A DNA stretch of 63,952 nt, filler included, from Licmophora abbreviata (taxonomy: Eukaryota): NCBI GenBank assembly GCA_900291995.1. It is 8 parts of 8 records of this genome, joined end to end, with 100 filler letters (N's around TTAATTAATTAA, not from the genome) between each part and the next. Parts side by side here need not be neighbours in the genome. Positions count along the whole stretch, not along the records: positions 55,501 to 63,952 come from OLMU01002079.1; 7 more parts are not named here. One strand, 5' to 3'. Both the position numbers and the translations under genes were made by a program. Shown here one piece after another: positions 60,810 to 63,952 of this stretch. Each line of letters opens with the position of its first letter. The first letter of the stretch is position 1. A model generated the notes under the pieces. The model did no database searches and was not told the DNA's origin. It worked only from the letters and a program-made list of their open reading frames with translations.

Positions 60810-61313
60810 TTCTATAGTTAACTAGAGGTGGCATACAACTCTAGGCGGCGTACTTGTCGAATATCAGCCTGTATTCTCAAGAGACGATTCGCCAGATTCA
60901 TACTTCGTATCATTGAGATAATATAGGTCTAGATTTCCGCCATTAAATAACTCTTTGTGACTGTCGATTTATGTGCCCGTCTGACGAAAATGTTGGTGTG
61001 GGTCTATCGGCGAAGTACACTACAACCAATACCTGTTGTAGACCACTAGACCTTCTATGAGTATGGAATAGGTGATCACATCCATGCAATGCCGACACAC
61101 AGACGAATTGCGGTGTGCAGTTCGAAAACAACATCGCTCGAGGTTGCCAAAAAGACAAGCAAGCAAAAGGATCTTTGTCGACTTCCCGCCTTCAACGTGG
61201 CGTAGAAACTATACTGAAGCTTGCGTAGATCACAAGATCGCGCGAGAGAACGGAGGATGATGCTGTGTCAACACACTACGCACATCACATCGCCGCTGAC
61301 TGTGTACTCCACC

Positions 61314-62003
61314 ATGACGAAGCTTGTCTCTTCCGCCGTCGTTCTCGCCTTGCTGGTATGCGCGACTGAAGCGTTTGCTCCCGCTTCACAGACACGATGC
61401 AGCCAGACTGAGCTTGCGGCCACCATGGACCGCCGTAATCTGCTCGGAGCCGTCGGTATAGCGGTCGGCAGTGCGTTAATTGGAGCTGCACCGGCTGAGG
61501 CCGCGAGCAATCCTGCCTTGCAGACCTTTAAAGGACAGAAAAAGACGAAGGGCGCTTTCATTCCCGGAAAGGGCATGCGAGCGCGCGACGAGACGATGAT
61601 TGCGTCGAATCCTGCTCTCGAAACTTTCAAAGGCCGCAAGAGGACCAAGGGCAGCTTCATTCCTGGAAAAGGTATGCGAAAGCGTGACGAGGACCTGATG
61701 ATTGCGTCGAACCCGGCTCTCGAGACCTTCAAAGGACGCAAAAAGACGAAGGGGAGCTTCATTCCCGGAAAAGGGATGCGACAGCGTGAGGATTATCTGA
61801 TTGCGTCGAATCCGGCTCTCGAGACGTTCAAAGGAGGCAAGAAGACAAAAGGTAGCTTCATTCCCGGAAAGGGAATCCGACGAAGCGAGGATCTTCTGAT
61901 TGCGTCGAATCCAGCCCTTGAGACGTTCAAAGGAGGCAAGAAGACAAAGGGCAGTTTTATTCCTGGAAAGGGGATTCGCAGCCAAGGAGAGTTCGCTGTG
62001 TAA
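61314..62003 (+). CDS. Plastid/Tat-targeted tandem-repeat protein (five 33-34-aa units)
   Basis: MTKLVSSAVVLALLVCATEA-FAP (plastid motif), MDRRNLLG..hydrophobic..AEA (Tat/lumen signal), then 5x ASNPAL(E/Q)TFKGxKxTKG(S/A)FIPGKG(M/I)R. Confidence 0.85.
   Translation: MTKLVSSAVVLALLVCATEAFAPASQTRCSQTELAATMDRRNLLGAVGIAVGSALIGAAPAEAASNPALQTFKGQKKTKGAFIPGKGMRARDETMIASNPALETFKGRKRTKGSFIPGKGMRKRDEDLMIASNPALETFKGRKKTKGSFIPGKGMRQREDYLIASNPALETFKGGKKTKGSFIPGKGIRRSEDLLIASNPALETFKGGKKTKGSFIPGKGIRSQGEFAV
61503..62000 (+). repeat. Coding tandem repeat; units start at 61503, 61602, 61704, 61803 and 61902 (99-102 nt)
   Basis: Directly visible. Amino-acid cores are near-identical, with many synonymous differences between units. 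Confidence 0.95.
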
Positions 62004-62161
62004 CGTGTTATGTACGTCAAGATGGATACTGCAAAGCAGGAGGAGGACGGAAACTGTGTTTTCTTGATAATTGAGAGCCACAGATAGGAATGGACGAGGT
62101 TGGTGCCGTGAACTGATGAGTAACAAATAGCTACTACACGAAATGACCGATATGACGTCTT

Positions 62162-63667
62162 TCAACTTGTCGGGGTCGCAATAAGCGGGGGCTTGCACGA
62201 CGGCCAATCGGTCAACGAATCGTACAATTCTGCTATTGATAGGAGCATGGCGTCGGAGTGTCTTGGACCCATTAGCTGGATGCCCATTGGGAGGCCGAGC
62301 TCACCCATGCCTGCTGGTATTGTAACACTCGGTAGGCCGGCAAGGCTGCACGGTACTACCACCGCCATCCATTCGTGATACGTTTTCATAGCGACGCCGT
62401 CGATCGATACAGGCCATCTCTCGTGAGCCGGAAACGGCCATACCTGGGCGGTAGGCAATGCAAGGACGTCATATGTCCCGAAAAGTGACGACGCACACTC
62501 TGACCAGTCCTTGGCCAACAACGAAGCGTTCTCGAGCTCCGATGTCGACACTTCCAAACCCCGCCTCACTTCCCACAAGACTTCCTCTCGAACAGGAGCA
62601 TTGAGCACAGATTCTCGCCCATGCTGAGAAACGAAAGATGCAGCGACTGTACTCGATCGTATAGTCGTCCAGCTTGTCCACAGCTGCTGGGCGTTCCATA
62701 GTGGCTCGGAACTGAGATCGTCGATTCTTGCATTGCGATCAGCTGCCAAGATGCCGAGCGCGTCACGACACACATCTATTATCCCGTCTTCCATGGGAAA
62801 GGCACCACCCCAGTCTCCAAGCCACGCTATTCGCAAGTCCCCAGTAGTCTTTTCTTCTTGGTGGGTTGCAGAGTCCAGATCCGAGCCGGTCATCGTCTGA
62901 AGGAGTCGTCGCAAGTCTCTTGGTGACCGAGCCATAGGCCCCACGGTCGATATTGGAAAAGGCAATGGATTTGCATTCAAGACGACGGGGTCGATTAGAC
63001 CCGCCGTAGGCCGAATGCTGTACACATTGTTCCATCCGGCAGGATTCCTCAGACTTCCCATCATGTCGGATCCATCGGCAAACGCCAACATTCGTGTCGC
63101 AAGTGCTACGGCTGCACCACCACTACTACCACCGGCACTTCGGTCAGTATTGTACGGATTTCGTGTGGTACCCCATCGGGAGTTGAACGTATGCGAACCG
63201 AGGCCACTTTCAGGTGCGTTGGTCTTCCCTAAAATGATGCAGCCTTCCTCTACGAGTCGACTGACGAATGGATCGCTTTGGGTAGGTACGAAGTCATCAA
63301 AGAGGGGCGACCCACCATAAGTGGTCGGGACCCCCTTTACATTCGAAAGATCCTTAATGGCAGTTGGAATACCATGTAACCACCCCTTTCGTGGAGACTC
63401 GTCGGCTTTTCGCGCCTCGTCGAGGAGTTCGTCACGGTTTCGAAGGGAGATAAGCGCACAGAGGGCTGGATTGAACTGATCGATACGATCAAGAGTCACT
63501 TCCATTAGCTTCAGAGCCGTTAAGTTTCCGCTAGCAATTTCTTGTGACAGTCTGGTGGTATCCCAGTCCAAAATTTCGGCGCTGCCTAGGCGATCTGCCG
63601 TAGGTTCGTCGCTGTCGCTCCACTGGTGGTGTACGGAGCTGGATTCTCGGTACGCATCTGCCGACAT
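62162..63667 (-). CDS. Amidase signature family enzyme, bacterial-like, intronless (start uncertain)
   Basis: LHGIPTAIKD, GKTNAPE, TRNPY..SAGGSSGGAA, DGSDMMGSLRNPA and GLPMGIQL. Confidence 0.93.
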   Translation of the reverse strand: MSADAYRESSSVHHQWSDSDEPTADRLGSAEILDWDTTRLSQEIASGNLTALKLMEVTLDRIDQFNPALCALISLRNRDELLDEARKADESPRKGWLHGIPTAIKDLSNVKGVPTTYGGSPLFDDFVPTQSDPFVSRLVEEGCIILGKTNAPESGLGSHTFNSRWGTTRNPYNTDRSAGGSSGGAAVALATRMLAFADGSDMMGSLRNPAGWNNVYSIRPTAGLIDPVVLNANPLPFPISTVGPMARSPRDLRRLLQTMTGSDLDSATHQEEKTTGDLRIAWLGDWGGAFPMEDGIIDVCRDALGILAADRNARIDDLSSEPLWNAQQLWTSWTTIRSSTVAASFVSQHGRESVLNAPVREEVLWEVRRGLEVSTSELENASLLAKDWSECASSLFGTYDVLALPTAQVWPFPAHERWPVSIDGVAMKTYHEWMAVVVPCSLAGLPSVTIPAGMGELGLPMGIQLMGPRHSDAMLLSIAELYDSLTDWPSCKPPLIATPTS

Positions 63668-63952
63668 GGCTCTGGCTACATTGAAATACCTACAGCGTCC
63701 TCTTCTGCAGTTCACGAGTCTCGACCAGGCGCTCAGGCTCGAATAGACCTCTCCCTTGTTGTTTTCGTCTGTGTTGAGGTCGGGACGTGTTGCAGGAGAC
63801 AGATTCAGTGATTCGGATCGTCTCTCAAGAGCGGCAAGAAGAAAGACGGAAAGCCGTGCCCGACGATAGAGCTTCTGAAAGAAAAACGACCGAATCCTTC
63901 GCTTGGGAGCGTTTGACATGGGCAACGATGGTTGCTTTTGCGCTCATCGGCT

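Noticed and set aside
61503..62000. Possible CRISPR-like or DNA-level repeat array
   Set aside because: Units are in-frame multiples of 3 with synonymous variation inside a targeted ORF. There are no cas genes and the context is eukaryotic.
1..63952. Transposons, tRNA or rRNA genes
   Set aside because: No transposase, RT or integrase motifs, terminal repeats, cloverleafs or rRNA-like tracts were recognised by eye.

Overview
Gene-dense eukaryotic nuclear DNA, very probably from a diatom (stramenopile). Support: short GT-AG introns, bipartite signal peptide plus F/W plastid-targeting presequences, a nucleus-encoded mitochondrial ATP synthase alpha subunit, and diatom-type secreted Ser/Pro/Thr-rich proteins. 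About 34 protein-coding genes are supported. They include RUS1-like, THADA/Trm732, a divergent ALDH, plastid PPase, PLAC8, SAL1/HAL2, ATP1, a CCR4/nocturnin-like EEP, spermidine synthase, NOP14, NUF2, REX4, Patched/NPC1-like, GT25, UBC9, a YhfC-like protease, a TYW3-Trm5/TYW2 fusion, Nup205, an FAD monooxygenase, three Reeler-like secreted proteins, a gp78-like RING-CUE ligase, a CK1/VRK-like kinase with two FHA domains, a PsbP-like protein and an amidase. Seven 100-nt scaffold gaps carry a TTAATTAATTAA linker. Most notable: (1) a plastid/Tat-targeted precursor built from five near-identical 26-aa basic cores separated by short variable linkers, a possible lumenal polyprotein, next to a PsbP-like gene; (2) a candidate box H/ACA snoRNA in NOP14 intron 2 whose pocket matches LSU rRNA helix 69; (3) a spermidine synthase ending in a CaaX motif; (4) an ALDH-fold protein lacking the general-base Glu. 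All calls come from motif recognition by eye; no database searches were run.
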